DNA of 64,000 nucleotides from an uncultured Verrucomicrobiota bacterium (GCA_964558455.1 CAZLEE010000001.1:4228-68227); one strand, 5' to 3'. Positions 1 through 11,522 are shown, counted from the stretch's first letter. Translations and numbers: made by a program. The notes: generated by a model not told the origin, from the letters alone.

Positions 1-735
1 CAGGATTTGCAGAGTTTGTTTTACGCTCACAACCGTTACGCGCTGCTGGTGGTGATCCAGGCGATGGACGCCGCAGGCAAGGATAGCATTATCAAGCACG
101 TCATGTCCGGGGTCAATCCGCAGGGGTGCCAGGTGTCCGGTTTCAAGCGTCCGAGCACGGAGGAATTGGAGCATGATTTTTTATGGCGGGCAACGTGCCG
201 CCTGCCGGAGCGGGGGAACATCGGGATTTTTAACCGGTCCTATTACGAGGAGGTGCTGGTGGTGAGGGTTCACCCGGAATTGTTGCAGCGGCAGGGATTG
301 CCCGAGGAGTTGGTCGCGGACAAGGATGTCTGGAAGCAACGGTTCGCCTCCATCACCAACTTGGAGGAGCACCTTTACCGCAATGGCACGCGCATCATAA
401 AATTTTTCCTTCACCTGTCCAAGGACGAGCAGCGCAAGCGGTTTCTGCGGCGGATCGACGAGCCGGAGAAGAACTGGAAGTTTGAGATGGAGGACGTGAA
501 GGAGCGGGGATATTGGAAGGAATACAAGAGCGCCTACGAGGAGTGCCTGGGAGCGACGAGCCTCGCGCACGCGCCGTGGTACGCGATCCCGGCGGATGAC
601 AAAAAAAACGCCCGCCTCATCGTTTCCCAGGCGATTGTCAACACCCTCCGGTCCCTCAAAATGAGTTCCCTTGAACCGGACCCGGGCCGCCAGCGTGAAT
701 TAAAGGCCCTGCGAAAAACGCTGGTCACGGAATGA
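1..735 (+). CDS. Polyphosphate kinase 2 (PPK2) family protein, 5' end cut by window edge
   Basis: The frame is open to base 1. The translation has [22 protein letters not shown] (PPK2 P-loop-like region) and a DFLWR motif, with PPK2-like length and composition. Confidence 0.8.
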   Translation, partial: QDLQSLFYAHNRYALLVVIQAMDAAGKDSIIKHVMSGVNPQGCQVSGFKRPSTEELEHDFLWRATCRLPERGNIGIFNRSYYEEVLVVRVHPELLQRQGLPEELVADKDVWKQRFASITNLEEHLYRNGTRIIKFFLHLSKDEQRKRFLRRIDEPEKNWKFEMEDVKERGYWKEYKSAYEECLGATSLAHAPWYAIPADDKKNARLIVSQAIVNTLRSLKMSSLEPDPGRQRELKALRKTLVTE

Positions 736-1721
736 CAGCCGCCGGTTCCACTTTCCCATGCCGGCCTTCCCTGGCTCCCGTTCTTTTGGCCGGCTTGCTC
801 GGATTCGCTTTTATGTCATCCGCATACGGACAAAATCCGCCCCCCGATTCGTGGCGCGCGCCGCCGTCGGCGTCGCTGCAACAAACGCTGGACGCCGCCG
901 TGCAGGGCGTCCTGGCTGAATTCGCGTTTCAAAAACTCCGGCCGGACGAACTGGCCGCGACGGTCATCGACCTGCGCGATCCGCAACATCCCGCCTGCGC
1001 CGGTTATCGCGGTGAGGCGCCGGTTTATCCGGCCAGCGTGGTCAAACTTTTCTACCTGGCCGCCGCCCATCGCTGGTTGGAGGACGGGAAGATCGCGGAC
1101 ACCCCCGAATTGCGCCGGGCCATGCGCGACATGATTGTTGACTCATTGAATGAGGCCACCGGATATATTGTTGACCTCCTTACCGGCACCACCAGCGGAC
1201 CGGAGTTGCCGCAAGGGGAAATTGAGCAATGGCGGGAAAAGCGCGATGCGGTCAACCGTTATTTCACGACACTGGGGTATGCCAATATCAACGTGAATAA
1301 AAAACCGTGGAGCGAAGGGCCTTACGGGCGCGAAACGCAGGCCATCCGGTTGTTTCAGCCAACGCGCAACCAGCTCACAACCGACGCCACGGCCCGGCTC
1401 ATGGCAGAGATTGCGACGGGCCGGGCGGTGACGCCGGCGCGTTGCCGGGAAATGATGGAGTTGCTCCGGCGCGACCCGTTCGACACCACGAAAAATGCCA
1501 ATGACCAGGCCCGGGATTTCACCGGTCTGGCTGTTCCGCCGGGGACGAAGCTTTGGTCCAAGGCCGGTTGGACGAGCGAGACGCGGCACGACTGCGCTTA
1601 TCTCGAATTGCCGGATGGCCGCCGTCTGGTTCTGGTTGTTTTCACGGTCAACCACGCCGGGGAACGACAAATCATCCCCGCTCTTGCCCGGACCATTATT
1701 GCGCGCCTGCCTAAAAACTAA
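732..1721 (+). CDS. Secreted serine hydrolase related to class A beta-lactamases
   Basis: It has a hydrophobic N-terminal signal ([20 protein letters not shown]), an SxxK motif (SVVK) and a KTG-like KAG (SKAGWT). There is a 4-nt ATGA overlap with the upstream gene. Confidence 0.6.
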   Translation: MTAAGSTFPCRPSLAPVLLAGLLGFAFMSSAYGQNPPPDSWRAPPSASLQQTLDAAVQGVLAEFAFQKLRPDELAATVIDLRDPQHPACAGYRGEAPVYPASVVKLFYLAAAHRWLEDGKIADTPELRRAMRDMIVDSLNEATGYIVDLLTGTTSGPELPQGEIEQWREKRDAVNRYFTTLGYANINVNKKPWSEGPYGRETQAIRLFQPTRNQLTTDATARLMAEIATGRAVTPARCREMMELLRRDPFDTTKNANDQARDFTGLAVPPGTKLWSKAGWTSETRHDCAYLELPDGRRLVLVVFTVNHAGERQIIPALARTIIARLPKN

Positions 1722-1727
1722 GGGCCT

Positions 1728-2432
1728 TTATTTGGCCGGACGTCCGTAAACCTCAATCTCGGTGTACTCGTTGATGTGGCTCTCGGTGCTGCCGCGCGAA
1801 TAGAGCCGGACGTAGCGCGCCTTGGCTCCCTTGCCCTCTATCAGCTTGCCTTCGTTGGTCTCAAAATATTCGCGGTTGGTTCCCGCTCCCAATCCGTCGC
1901 CATTATCCTGGTCGTTGTTGAACAGGGTGCGGACGTTTTGGGTGAAAGCGGCGTCATCCGCGATCTGGGCCACGACCCCGTGATAGACCTTGGGGGCGTC
2001 GTGCGCGTGCCAGACCACGATGGCGTAAATTTCCTGCGTGCCGCCCAGATCAACTTGCACCCATTGCACCCCTTTGCGGATCAGGACGACGCTTTGCTCG
2101 CTTGATTCCTTGTCGCCGTCGGTGATTTTGGCCAATTGATCCGGCAGCGTGTTGGTGGCGCTGCTGGTCACGGTTTTGCCGCGGGCGACGTTGGACACGC
2201 CGGGGGGCACCATCAAAGGCGGACGGGGTTTGCCGGAGGGCTTTTCCACATTCGGCGCCACAGGACCTTCGGAGGGCGTGCCCAGAAAAGCGGGCGCGGG
2301 CAGTTTGATTTGCAGCGGCACGAGATTCTCAGCGGCAGCGGAGAAAGCAAAGCCGGCGCAGGCGAGGCCGGCCAGAAAAGTCGTTGCCAGCGATTTGAAT
2401 TTTCCTTGATTCAATACTCTTAAATTAGACAT
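1728..2432 (-). CDS. Secreted discoidin (F5/8 type C, galactose-binding-like) domain protein
   Basis: The C-terminal half reads VQVDLGGTQEIYAIVVWHAHD...ARYVRLYSRGSTESHINEYTEIEVYGRP, which is typical of discoidin domains. The ATG at 2432 gives a signal peptide; the ORF is open back to 2483. Confidence 0.65.
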   Translation of the reverse strand: MSNLRVLNQGKFKSLATTFLAGLACAGFAFSAAAENLVPLQIKLPAPAFLGTPSEGPVAPNVEKPSGKPRPPLMVPPGVSNVARGKTVTSSATNTLPDQLAKITDGDKESSEQSVVLIRKGVQWVQVDLGGTQEIYAIVVWHAHDAPKVYHGVVAQIADDAAFTQNVRTLFNNDQDNGDGLGAGTNREYFETNEGKLIEGKGAKARYVRLYSRGSTESHINEYTEIEVYGRPAK

Positions 2433-2542
2433 GCGCCTACAAATAGCCGGAATCGCGAAAGAGCGCACGAAAAAATTTTCCAACCCGCCGCCGCCGCGGA
2501 ACGTGACCGCGCCGCCCGAAAACGGGGCGGGGCGCGGCCCGC

Positions 2543-4072
2543 TTATTTGTTGCCGCCGTCCTCCTTGAAGGGTTTCCCGTCGAGGGTTTCGCGGACGACC
2601 TGGGCCAGCCTGACCGGCGGGTAGGGCTTGGCCAGAAAATTGAAACCTTCGAGAAGGGCGATATCCTTGCCCGCCATGCCGGGGCTGTAACCGCTGGTGT
2701 AAACAACCTTGAGTTTGGGGTTGTCCTGCTGAAGACGTTCGGCGAGCTGGCGGCCTGACATGCCGCCGGGCATCACCATGTCGGTCAACAATAATTTAAT
2801 CTCCCCGCTGTGTTCCTTCCATATCTTGACCGCGGTCGGGCCGGAGTCGGCCTGATAGATGCGGTAACCGCAGAATTCGAGGATGCTGACCACCAGTTCG
2901 CGCAGGATCGGCTCGTCTTCGGCCACGAGGATGGTTTCGTGGCCGGCAGCCATGTTTTGGCGGGTGATGAACCGGGTGTTGCCCTGTTCCGCGGGCGCGG
3001 CCGGGCCTTTGCCCGCGTCGGGCAGGAAAATGGTGAAGGTGGAACCGGCGTTGATCTTGCTTTCGACGATGATCCAGCCGTCATGCTGTTTGACGATGCC
3101 GTAAATGGTGGCCAGTCCGAGACCGGCGCCTTTGCCTACGTCCTTGGTGGTGAAAAAAGGTTCAAAAATGTGGCCGAGGGTTTCAGAATCCATGCCGCAG
3201 CCGGTGTCGGACACTGTCAAACAAACGAACTGGCCGGGACGGGCCTTGGGATTGAGGACCACCGCGACGGGTTCGAGGGTTTGGAGGGAGGTGCGGATGG
3301 TGAATTTCCCGCCGGAAGGCATGGCGTCGCGGGCGTTGAGGGCAAGGTTGAGCAGGACCTGCTCGATCATGCTGATGTCGAGATAGAGGGCGGGAAGGTT
3401 GGCGGCGGGGATGAATTGGAGGGTGATGCTTTCGCCAAGAAGTCCCTGCAACATGGGAATGACGTTGCCGATGATTTCGTTCAGGTTGAGATGGCGGGGT
3501 TGCATGACCTGCTTGCGGCTGAACATGAGCAACTGCCGGATGAGTTTGCCGGCCCGCTGGGCGGCGGAAGAAATCTGGTGGACCGATTTTTCGTTGGCGG
3601 GGAGCAGGACGTGGGATTGCAGGAGCAGATCGGCGTGGCCTTGGATGATGGTGAGAATGTTGTTGAAATCATGGGCGACGCCGGCGGCAAGCTGGCCCAC
3701 CGCCTCCATTTTGACGGAATGACGCAGTTGGGCTTCGAGTTCCAGGCGTTCGGTTATATCGTTGACATAGCAATGGATGGTGTTGGTGTCGGCGATGGGG
3801 ATGAAGGACCAGGAAAGGGTGCGTTTGAGGTGGGAGGTTTGCAAGTTGGTCTTGCTCTCGCCGGTCAAAAGACATTGCAGAACGATGGTGCGCGAATCAG
3901 GCGGCAGAATGGCGGCAACGGAGTCGCAGCCCAGGTTGGCGGCCAGGCGGCGGGCGGCGGCGTTGTAATAGGCCATGGTGCCGTCGGCGGAGAATTCGAG
4001 GAGCGGATTGGGGCTGTTGCGGGTGAAGGCAGCCAGTCTTTGTGTTGGATCCTCGGTGTTCATTGGGGGCAT
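2543..4072 (-). CDS. Cytoplasmic hybrid sensor histidine kinase/response regulator (PAS-HisKA-HATPase_c-REC)
   Basis: H-box AAGVAHDFNNILTII, N/G boxes (LNLALNARDAM, DTGCGM, GKGAGLGLA), and a C-terminal receiver (ILVAEDE...LLLTDMVMPG...KP). Confidence 0.85.
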   Translation of the reverse strand: MPPMNTEDPTQRLAAFTRNSPNPLLEFSADGTMAYYNAAARRLAANLGCDSVAAILPPDSRTIVLQCLLTGESKTNLQTSHLKRTLSWSFIPIADTNTIHCYVNDITERLELEAQLRHSVKMEAVGQLAAGVAHDFNNILTIIQGHADLLLQSHVLLPANEKSVHQISSAAQRAGKLIRQLLMFSRKQVMQPRHLNLNEIIGNVIPMLQGLLGESITLQFIPAANLPALYLDISMIEQVLLNLALNARDAMPSGGKFTIRTSLQTLEPVAVVLNPKARPGQFVCLTVSDTGCGMDSETLGHIFEPFFTTKDVGKGAGLGLATIYGIVKQHDGWIIVESKINAGSTFTIFLPDAGKGPAAPAEQGNTRFITRQNMAAGHETILVAEDEPILRELVVSILEFCGYRIYQADSGPTAVKIWKEHSGEIKLLLTDMVMPGGMSGRQLAERLQQDNPKLKVVYTSGYSPGMAGKDIALLEGFNFLAKPYPPVRLAQVVRETLDGKPFKEDGGNK

Positions 4073-5553
4073 GTTGAGTTGGGCGCGGGGGCGGAGATTC
4101 TGGCCCCGGCGGCTTGGGCCAGGGCGGAGCGGACGGCTCGGGCCAAATCGTCCGGTTCGTAGGGCTTGGCCAGAAAGAGGCGCTGAGGGTTGTCTTGTTC
4201 CGGCAGAAAACCGCTGCTGAAAATGATGGGCAGGCCAGGCCGGTCCGCGAGCAATTTGAGGGCAAGGTCGTTGCCGGACATGCCGTCGGGCATGGACATA
4301 TCTGTCAATACCAGGTTCACGCTGTCTTTGTGGGTTTCCCAGAGTTGCAACGCCTCCTGGCCGCTGGCGGCGGCCAGGACGCGGTAATGGAGGGACTCGA
4401 GAATTTCGCGCACGAGATTGCGCAGGACTTCCTCGTCATCGACCACCAGGATGGTTTCGCTGGCGGCCGGCGCGGGCGCGGGCGCGGGTTTGGGTGCGGG
4501 CTGGTTGGCGGCCACGGGGAAATAAATGCGGAAGGTCGTGCCTTCGCCCAGCATGCTGTCCACTTCGATCCAGCCGGCGTTTTGTTTTATCATGCCATAG
4601 GCGGTGGCAAGCCCCAGGCCGGTGCCTTTGCCAATTTCTTTGGTGGTGAAGAAAGGCTCGAAAAGCCGGGTCAGAACGGAAGGGGCAATGCCGGGGCCGG
4701 TGTCGGCCACGCTTAATCGGATGAAGGATCCGGCGCGGCGGTCGGATATGCCGGCCAGATCGGCCTGGTCGAACTTGATTTCATCGGCCGAAATATGTAA
4801 TTGGCCGCCATCCAGCATGACGTCGCGGGCGTTGACGGCGAGATTGGCGATGATTTGCTGAAGCATTTCGGGATCGACCGTGACGGAGGCGAGGTCGGGG
4901 CGGATGTCGAAGGTCAGGGCGATGTGGGCTCCGAGCAGGCGGCGCAGCATGTCGGCAAATTCGTTCATGCTTTCCTTGATGTTGACAACCCTTTGTTGCA
5001 TGACCTGTTTGCGGCTGAAGGCAAGCATTTGTTTGACAAGTGTGGTGATGCGCTCCACCCCCTCGCAGATGTGGGTGACGGATTTGCGCGAGTCGTTGCT
5101 CAGGCCCGGCTCTTCCATCAACAGGACGGCATGACCCTGGATGATGGTGAGGATGTTGTTGAATTCATGGGCCAGGCCGGCGGCCAATTGGCCGACGGCG
5201 GCGAGGCGTTCCTGGCGCAAGGTCAGTTCATGGCTGTTTTGCAAGGCTTGTTGCGCTTCCTTTCGCCGGGCCACTTCCTCCTGAAGACTCTTGGTCCAAA
5301 TGTTGATGAGATTGAATATTTCCTCGTCGCGCTGGCGCAGGACGCGGGCGCGCCAGCGGCGGGCGAACCGCCATGCGGCGAAAATCAGGGCGAGGAGAAA
5401 GGCGGCGACGGCAATAAAAAGAAAAGGGTTCCGGTAAAAGTGGCGGACGCCGTTGTCTTCGGCGGCGGTGGCGGCAGGTCCGCCGAAAGCGATAAGTAGC
5501 AACGTCCCCCAGAGAAACAGGGACTTCGCTGACGGCGCAAAACAATTCTTCAT
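4060..5553 (-). CDS. Membrane-anchored hybrid sensor histidine kinase/response regulator
   Basis: Two N-terminal TM segments, H-box AAGLAHEFNNILTII, an HATPase_c (DTGPGI, GKGTGLGLA) and a receiver (ILVVDDE...LVLTDMSMPDG...KP). There is a 13-nt overlap with the downstream kinase. Confidence 0.85.
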   Translation of the reverse strand: MKNCFAPSAKSLFLWGTLLLIAFGGPAATAAEDNGVRHFYRNPFLFIAVAAFLLALIFAAWRFARRWRARVLRQRDEEIFNLINIWTKSLQEEVARRKEAQQALQNSHELTLRQERLAAVGQLAAGLAHEFNNILTIIQGHAVLLMEEPGLSNDSRKSVTHICEGVERITTLVKQMLAFSRKQVMQQRVVNIKESMNEFADMLRRLLGAHIALTFDIRPDLASVTVDPEMLQQIIANLAVNARDVMLDGGQLHISADEIKFDQADLAGISDRRAGSFIRLSVADTGPGIAPSVLTRLFEPFFTTKEIGKGTGLGLATAYGMIKQNAGWIEVDSMLGEGTTFRIYFPVAANQPAPKPAPAPAPAASETILVVDDEEVLRNLVREILESLHYRVLAAASGQEALQLWETHKDSVNLVLTDMSMPDGMSGNDLALKLLADRPGLPIIFSSGFLPEQDNPQRLFLAKPYEPDDLARAVRSALAQAAGARISAPAPNSTCPQ

Positions 5554-5772
5554 GCGTGGCTTGCCGCCGGTTCAATCGGCGACGATCAAAGAAAACCAGA
5601 CAGAAACTGTAACAAAAGCGTGACTCATTCAATCACAATCGCATTGCAATTGTGCCGACGCGCGCCAGACGCGGCGCGATTCAACAGACGGGCGGTTCCG
5701 CCAAAGGGAGTTAAGGGGGATGTCCGGAGTTATTGAATTGCTGTTTTGGGCCGGAGGAGTTAACACAGGGTG

Positions 5773-7200
5773 ATGAAACTCAGTATGAATCGACGCTCAT
5801 TCATTAAAAGCGCTGCCGGAACGGCGACGTTCCTCACTTTTCCCCATGTCGTTCGCGCGGCCGTGGGCAAGTCTCTTAATAAACTCAATTGCGTGCAGGT
5901 TGGTTGTGGCGGCCGCGCCGACACCCACCTCGAACAGGCCATCTATCATTACGGCCAAAACCTCGTCGCCATCGTCGATCCCGTCGAAAAACGGCACGGA
6001 CACGTTTCGTCTTATCTCAAGGGAAAGGGCATTGATACGAGCCACCTTCAAGCTTTTACTGATTACCGCGTGATGTTTGACAAAATGGGACGGAACATCG
6101 ACGCCGTTTTCGTCGCCACACCCAATCATCATCATGCCACGGTGGCGATGATGGCCATGGAGCGGGGCATCAATGTTTATTGCGAAAAGCCGCTTTGCCA
6201 CGACATCGCCGAAGCGCGGGCGTTGCGTCAGGCCGCCAGTCGTTACAGCAAAGTCGCGACCCAGATGGGCAACCAGGGCCATTGCATGGAAGGATACCGC
6301 CGTCTGTGCGAATACATCTGGTCGGGAGCCATCGGGAAAGTCACCGAGACCCATAGTTGGACCAACCGGGCCAACGGCGGGGTGGGGCCGCGTCCGCCTG
6401 TCCAGCCGGTGCCGGCGGGAATGAATTGGGATTCCTGGATCGGGCCGGCGCCTTACCGGGATTTTCATGCCGATCTGCATCCGCACGAATGGCATGGGTG
6501 GTATGATTTTGGCAACGGTTCCATCGGCAACATGGGTTGTCATGTGCTGGACGGTCTTTTTTGGTCGCTCAAGATTGAACATCCCGAAAGCATCGAAGCC
6601 GAATTCATCCGGGGCGGCAGCGACGAGCGTTATCCGACCGGCAGCCGGGTGCGTTGGGATGTTCCCGCCCGCGCCGACATGCCGCCGCTCAAGGTTTATT
6701 GGTACGAAGGGTTGAACCCGACCACCACCCAACAAACCGGCGCCAACGACGCGGCCCAAGGTGGTGCGCGCAATCTGCCGCCGCTCCTGGTTGAATTGAA
6801 GAAGAAATACCCGGACGAAGCGGACGAACTCGACAACGGGGACAGCGGCACACTCTATGTGGGGGAGAAGGGAGTTATTGCCACGCAGACTTACGGGAAG
6901 TTCATGCACATTGTGCCGGAAGACAAAATGGACTCAACGCCGAAGCCGCCCGTCACGCTGCCGCGGCCCAAGGATATTTTCCGGGATTTCCTGGATGCTT
7001 GCCATGCGGGAAGTAACAAGACATCGGTGCCGTTCGAATATGGCGCGCGTCTGACGGAATTTGCCATTTTGGGGAATCTGGCCCAGCATGCCGGGGTTAA
7101 TAACAAGGTGCAATGGGATGGACCGAACATGAAGGTGACCAACATCCCCGAATTGAACCAATGGGTCAAACGCCCGTGTCGCAAAGGCTGGGAAGCGTAG
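5773..7200 (+). CDS. Gfo/Idh/MocA family oxidoreductase with twin-arginine (TAT) signal
   Basis: N-terminus MNRRSFIKSAAGTATFLTFPHVVRA. Rossmann segment VQVGCGGRADTH and EKPL motif (VYCEKPLCH). Confidence 0.8.
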   Translation: MKLSMNRRSFIKSAAGTATFLTFPHVVRAAVGKSLNKLNCVQVGCGGRADTHLEQAIYHYGQNLVAIVDPVEKRHGHVSSYLKGKGIDTSHLQAFTDYRVMFDKMGRNIDAVFVATPNHHHATVAMMAMERGINVYCEKPLCHDIAEARALRQAASRYSKVATQMGNQGHCMEGYRRLCEYIWSGAIGKVTETHSWTNRANGGVGPRPPVQPVPAGMNWDSWIGPAPYRDFHADLHPHEWHGWYDFGNGSIGNMGCHVLDGLFWSLKIEHPESIEAEFIRGGSDERYPTGSRVRWDVPARADMPPLKVYWYEGLNPTTTQQTGANDAAQGGARNLPPLLVELKKKYPDEADELDNGDSGTLYVGEKGVIATQTYGKFMHIVPEDKMDSTPKPPVTLPRPKDIFRDFLDACHAGSNKTSVPFEYGARLTEFAILGNLAQHAGVNNKVQWDGPNMKVTNIPELNQWVKRPCRKGWEA

Positions 7201-7207
7201 GCGGTGC

Positions 7208-7222
7208 CCCGCCTCGGGCGGG
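7208..7222 (+). terminator. Weak hairpin after the oxidoreductase gene
   Basis: CCCGCC-tcg-GGCGGG lies 8 nt after the stop. The downstream T-tract is poor. Confidence 0.25.
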
Positions 7223-7277
7223 AGAAGTCTATTTCAGGGCGCGGCGGGATTTGCCGATTAAAAGATAAAAGAAAAGG

Positions 7278-7306
7278 TTGACATAAACCGGTTATCTTGG
7301 TGGAAT
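7278..7306 (+). promoter_or_regulatory. Putative sigma70 promoter of rplU-rpmA
   Basis: TTGACA (7278-7283), a 17-nt spacer, then TGGAAT preceded by TGg (extended -10-like). It is about 28 nt upstream of the rplU ATG. Confidence 0.35.
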
Positions 7307-7333
7307 TGCTAACTATTTTTGGAATGAGTTATT

Positions 7334-7651
7334 ATGTATGCTATAATTGAAACCGGTAACAAGCAGTATCGCGTCAGCGCGGGCGACACCATTGAAGTTG
7401 AACGTCTCCCAGTTGAAGCGGGTCAAACATTCAAGTTCGACCGGGTGCTGATTTGCAATAATGAAGGAAAAACGACCATCGGTTCGCCGGTCGTCAAGGA
7501 TGCGGCTGTTACGGCGGATGTGGTGAAACACATCCGGGGCGTGAAGACGGTTGCGTTTAAAATGAAGCGGCGCAAGGGCTACCATCACAAGGTGGGCCAT
7601 CGCCAGGAACTGACAGTGCTCAAGATTAAAGAAGTGAATTTCAAAGGATAG
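7334..7651 (+). CDS. rplU: 50S ribosomal protein L21
   Basis: MYAIIETGNKQYRVSAGDTIEVERL... is the canonical L21 N-terminus. Length is 105 aa. Confidence 0.95.
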   Translation: MYAIIETGNKQYRVSAGDTIEVERLPVEAGQTFKFDRVLICNNEGKTTIGSPVVKDAAVTADVVKHIRGVKTVAFKMKRRKGYHHKVGHRQELTVLKIKEVNFKG

Positions 7652-7654
7652 TTT

Positions 7655-7930
7655 ATGGCACATAAAAAAGGACAAGGCAGCGTTCGTAATGGCCGCGACA
7701 GCGCCAGCAAAAGACTTGGCGTCAAAGAGTTCGGCGGCCATGAAGTGACGGCAGGCAGCATCTTGGTTCGTCAACGCGGTTCCAAGTTCGTTGCAGGCGA
7801 AAACGTCGGCACGGGCCGCGACTGGACATTGTTTGCCTTGGTGGGCGGACGGGTTGTGTTCGATAAACAGAGCCGTCGCATCAATGTGCAACCAGCGCCG
7901 TCTGCGCAACCCGAAGTTGAAAAAAATTAG
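7655..7930 (+). CDS. rpmA: 50S ribosomal protein L27
   Basis: [28 protein letters not shown]... is the canonical L27 sequence. Confidence 0.95.
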   Translation: MAHKKGQGSVRNGRDSASKRLGVKEFGGHEVTAGSILVRQRGSKFVAGENVGTGRDWTLFALVGGRVVFDKQSRRINVQPAPSAQPEVEKN

Positions 7931-7951
7931 TATTTCCAGCGCAGTGTGCCT

Positions 7952-7978
7952 GGCGAGGTCCTCGGCCTCGCCTTTTTT
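7952..7978 (+). terminator. Rho-independent terminator/attenuator between rpmA and obg
   Basis: GGCGAGG-7 nt-CCTCGCC followed by TTTTTT. Confidence 0.7.
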
Positions 7979-8015
7979 GTTTGCACTGCCTCGTTCCATG
8001 CGAATTATCTGACTC

Positions 8016-9191
8016 ATGTTTGTTGATCAAGTAAAAGTCCACGGGCGCGCCGGGCATGGCGGCAAGGGCTGCGTGGCTTTTCTGCGCGAAACTTTCCGTC
8101 CCAAAGGCGGCCCCAGCGGCGGCAATGGCGGCCATGGCGGCAACGTCATCCTTCAGGCCGACCATGATCTGAACAATCTGGTCGCCCAATTCTTTACCCC
8201 CCGCTTGATCGCGGAAGATGGCAACCCCGGCCTGGGCAAAGGCATGGACGGCCCGGCGGGAAAAGATTTAATCATCAAAGTACCCTGCGGAACGCTGGTG
8301 TGGCGGCTGCCGCCGGCGCCAATGTCCCCGGAGGAAGAGGAAGAAGCCAGGGAGGAGGAAGAGGAATCCGCGGAGCGCGCCCCCATGCGGGCCAGCGCCA
8401 GCCGACGGACGATGATCCGTCATGCCGGCTTGGAACGGGCGGTGGAATTTGAAGAGGAAGAAGACAACGATCCGGTGGAAAGGGACGAGGCCGGGAAGGA
8501 GCGGGTGGCGGATTTGACGGTGCATGGCCAGCAATTCGTTTTGTGCAAAGGCGGCCGGGGTGGATTGGGCAACCGGAATTTTGCCACGGCCCGCCGTCAG
8601 ACGCCGCGTTTTGCCCAACCGGGCGAAGTGGGTGACGAAGGGGATTTCCTGTTTGAATTGCGCACCATTGCGGACGTCGGCCTGGTCGGTTTCCCCAATG
8701 CGGGGAAGTCCACCCTCCTGACTGCGGTTTCAAGGGCGCGCCCCAAAGTGGCTTCTTATCCTTTTACCACGCTGCATCCGCAGGTGGGGATCATGGAATT
8801 TACGGATTATTCGAGGCTGACGGTGTGCGACGTGCCCGGACTGATTGATGGCGCGCATCTCAACGTCGGTTTGGGGCACGAATTTTTACGGCACATCAAA
8901 CGATGCAAGTTGCTGGTCCTCCTGCTCGACATGGCGGGGACGGACGGACGCAAGCCGTGGGATGATTACAAGCAATTGCTGCGGGAACTGGAATTATACG
9001 ACCCGGAATTGCTGGACAAACCGCGCCTGGTGGTAGCCAATAAGATGGATGAAGCGGCGTCGGCAGACCTCTTAAAGAAGTTCAAACGACACGTCCCGAA
9101 AGTTCCGATGCTGACCATGGCGGCGGCGTTCGACCAGGGAACGGATGATTTCAAGATAGCCGTCCGCAAGGTGGTTCCCGCCAGTCAATAA
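8016..9191 (+). CDS. obg: GTPase Obg/CgtA with an acidic insertion in the Obg fold
   Basis: MFVDQVKVHGRAGHGGKGCVAF, glycine-rich Obg fold, and G domain GFPNAGKSTLL / DVPGLI / NKMD. Roughly 60 extra residues rich in Glu fall at about aa 97-163. Confidence 0.9.
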   Translation: MFVDQVKVHGRAGHGGKGCVAFLRETFRPKGGPSGGNGGHGGNVILQADHDLNNLVAQFFTPRLIAEDGNPGLGKGMDGPAGKDLIIKVPCGTLVWRLPPAPMSPEEEEEAREEEEESAERAPMRASASRRTMIRHAGLERAVEFEEEEDNDPVERDEAGKERVADLTVHGQQFVLCKGGRGGLGNRNFATARRQTPRFAQPGEVGDEGDFLFELRTIADVGLVGFPNAGKSTLLTAVSRARPKVASYPFTTLHPQVGIMEFTDYSRLTVCDVPGLIDGAHLNVGLGHEFLRHIKRCKLLVLLLDMAGTDGRKPWDDYKQLLRELELYDPELLDKPRLVVANKMDEAASADLLKKFKRHVPKVPMLTMAAAFDQGTDDFKIAVRKVVPASQ

Positions 9192-9211
9192 TCAGAGATC
9201 AGGAAGAATCT

Positions 9212-10315
9212 ATGCTCAGAGCAGGAATTGTAGGATTGCCCAACGTTGGCAAAAGCACGCTCTTCAACGCCGTCACCCGCACCCACAAAGCCGAAGCGGC
9301 CAATTATCCCTTCTGCACCATCGACCCCAATATCGGTGTCGTTATGGTGCCGGATGACCGGTTGGCTGTCTTGGCCAAAATCGCCAAAACAAACGTACTC
9401 ATCCCGGCGGCTGTCGAATTCGTCGATATTGCCGGCTTGGTCAAAGGAGCGTCGCAAGGGGAGGGGTTGGGCAACAAGTTCCTCAGCCACATCCGGGAAG
9501 TGGACGCCTTGGTGCAAGTGGTCCGTTGCTTTGACGACCCCGACATCCATCATGTGGCCGGATCGACCGATCCCCGCCGCGATATCGAAATCATTACCAC
9601 GGAATTGGTCCTGGCGGATTTGGAGGCGGTGCAAAAACGGTTGGACAAAGGCGCCAAAGACGCAAAACGCGGAGACAAAGTCGCGGTCGCAGAGGCTGAG
9701 GTGTTGAAAAAATTAAAAACCCACTTTGATGCCGGCAACCCAGCCCTGACCTTGGAATTGACTTCCGAAGAAAAGGCCATTTCAAAGGGATTCTACCTTT
9801 TGACCGATAAACCGACCATTTACGCCGCTAACGTTAAAGAATCAGATTTGGCGACGGCAGACTCCAACCAGTACGTTATGCAGGTGCGGGACTACGTGAA
9901 AGAGCATCATTCTTGTGAAACAGTGGTCATCAGCGCCCAAATCGAGAGCGATCTGGTGGACCTCTCCCCGGAAGAGGCGAAGGATTTCCTGAAGGAACTC
10001 GGTGTGACGGAGTCCGGGGTGGGCGCGTTAATCCGCAGCACCTACCATTTGCTGGGTCTCAGAACCTATTTTACGGCTGGCGAAAAAGAGGCGAAGGCTT
10101 GGACGATTCATGCCGGCGATACGGCGCCGAAAGCGGCGGGGGTCATCCACAGTGATTTTGAACGCGGCTTTATCAAGGCCGAAACGGTGGCGTACACTGA
10201 CTTGGTGCAGTGCGGATCGGTGGCGGTTGCGCGCGAAAAGGGGCTGTATCGGATGGAAGGGAAGGAATATGTGGTGGCGGACGGGGACGTGCTGCTGTTC
10301 AAATTCAATGTTTAG
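9212..10315 (+). CDS. ychF: Redox-regulated ATPase YchF
   Basis: [34 protein letters not shown], and the C-terminal TGS-like [10 protein letters not shown]. Confidence 0.95.
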   Translation: MLRAGIVGLPNVGKSTLFNAVTRTHKAEAANYPFCTIDPNIGVVMVPDDRLAVLAKIAKTNVLIPAAVEFVDIAGLVKGASQGEGLGNKFLSHIREVDALVQVVRCFDDPDIHHVAGSTDPRRDIEIITTELVLADLEAVQKRLDKGAKDAKRGDKVAVAEAEVLKKLKTHFDAGNPALTLELTSEEKAISKGFYLLTDKPTIYAANVKESDLATADSNQYVMQVRDYVKEHHSCETVVISAQIESDLVDLSPEEAKDFLKELGVTESGVGALIRSTYHLLGLRTYFTAGEKEAKAWTIHAGDTAPKAAGVIHSDFERGFIKAETVAYTDLVQCGSVAVAREKGLYRMEGKEYVVADGDVLLFKFNV

Positions 10316-10345
10316 CGTCGAATTTGAGCGAAAACCGCGTGTTTT

Positions 10346-10370
10346 TTTCACGCAACACGCGTGAAATTTT
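10346..10370 (+). terminator. Dyad TTTCACGC-N5-GCGTGAAA plus TTTT; ychF terminator and/or upstream activator site
   Basis: A perfect 8-bp inverted repeat followed by T4. A competing hairpin CGCGTGTT (10336-10343) / AACACGCG (10354-10361) overlaps it. Its centre is about 93 bp upstream of the sigma54 -24 element at 10448. Confidence 0.45.
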
Positions 10371-10447
10371 AGCGCATAGGTGGTTTTTGGGGTGAAAAAG
10401 AATGATTTGAAGGACTGATAGCCGGGTAAGGGGATTTTTTCACTTCT

Positions 10448-10463
10448 TGGCATCATCTTTGCT
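10448..10463 (+). promoter_or_regulatory. Sigma54 (-24/-12) promoter upstream of the prepilin-like gene
   Basis: TGGCAT-catct-TTGCT versus the consensus TGGCAC-N5-TTGCW. The GG/GC spacing is exact. Confidence 0.7.
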
Positions 10464-10541
10464 AAAGTTAGCCAAAATCGAGTTAACACTGCTGGAGTTA
10501 TTAAAACAGTGGATGCTCTATTGGTAATTCAACTTAATACT

Positions 10542-11450
<909 letters not shown>

Positions 11451-11488
11451 TCCGGTGTCAGTCTGAGATCATTCAAATTTAATCAATC

Positions 11489-11514
11489 AAGGCGCCCGAA
11501 AGGGCGCCTTTTTT
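11489..11514. terminator. Bidirectional rho-independent terminator between convergent genes
   Basis: AAGGCGCCC-GAAA-GGGCGCCTT followed by TTTT, and A-rich on the other side. Confidence 0.8.
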
Positions 11515-11522
11515 GTTGGGTT

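Noticed and set aside
5554-5769. The 216-nt intergenic region between the kinase operon and the oxidoreductase gene, checked for a tRNA, riboswitch or divergent sigma54 promoter.
   Set aside because: I saw no tRNA-like T-arm or acceptor pattern, no GG-N10-GC with correct flanks on either strand, and no conserved riboswitch core. It was left unannotated.
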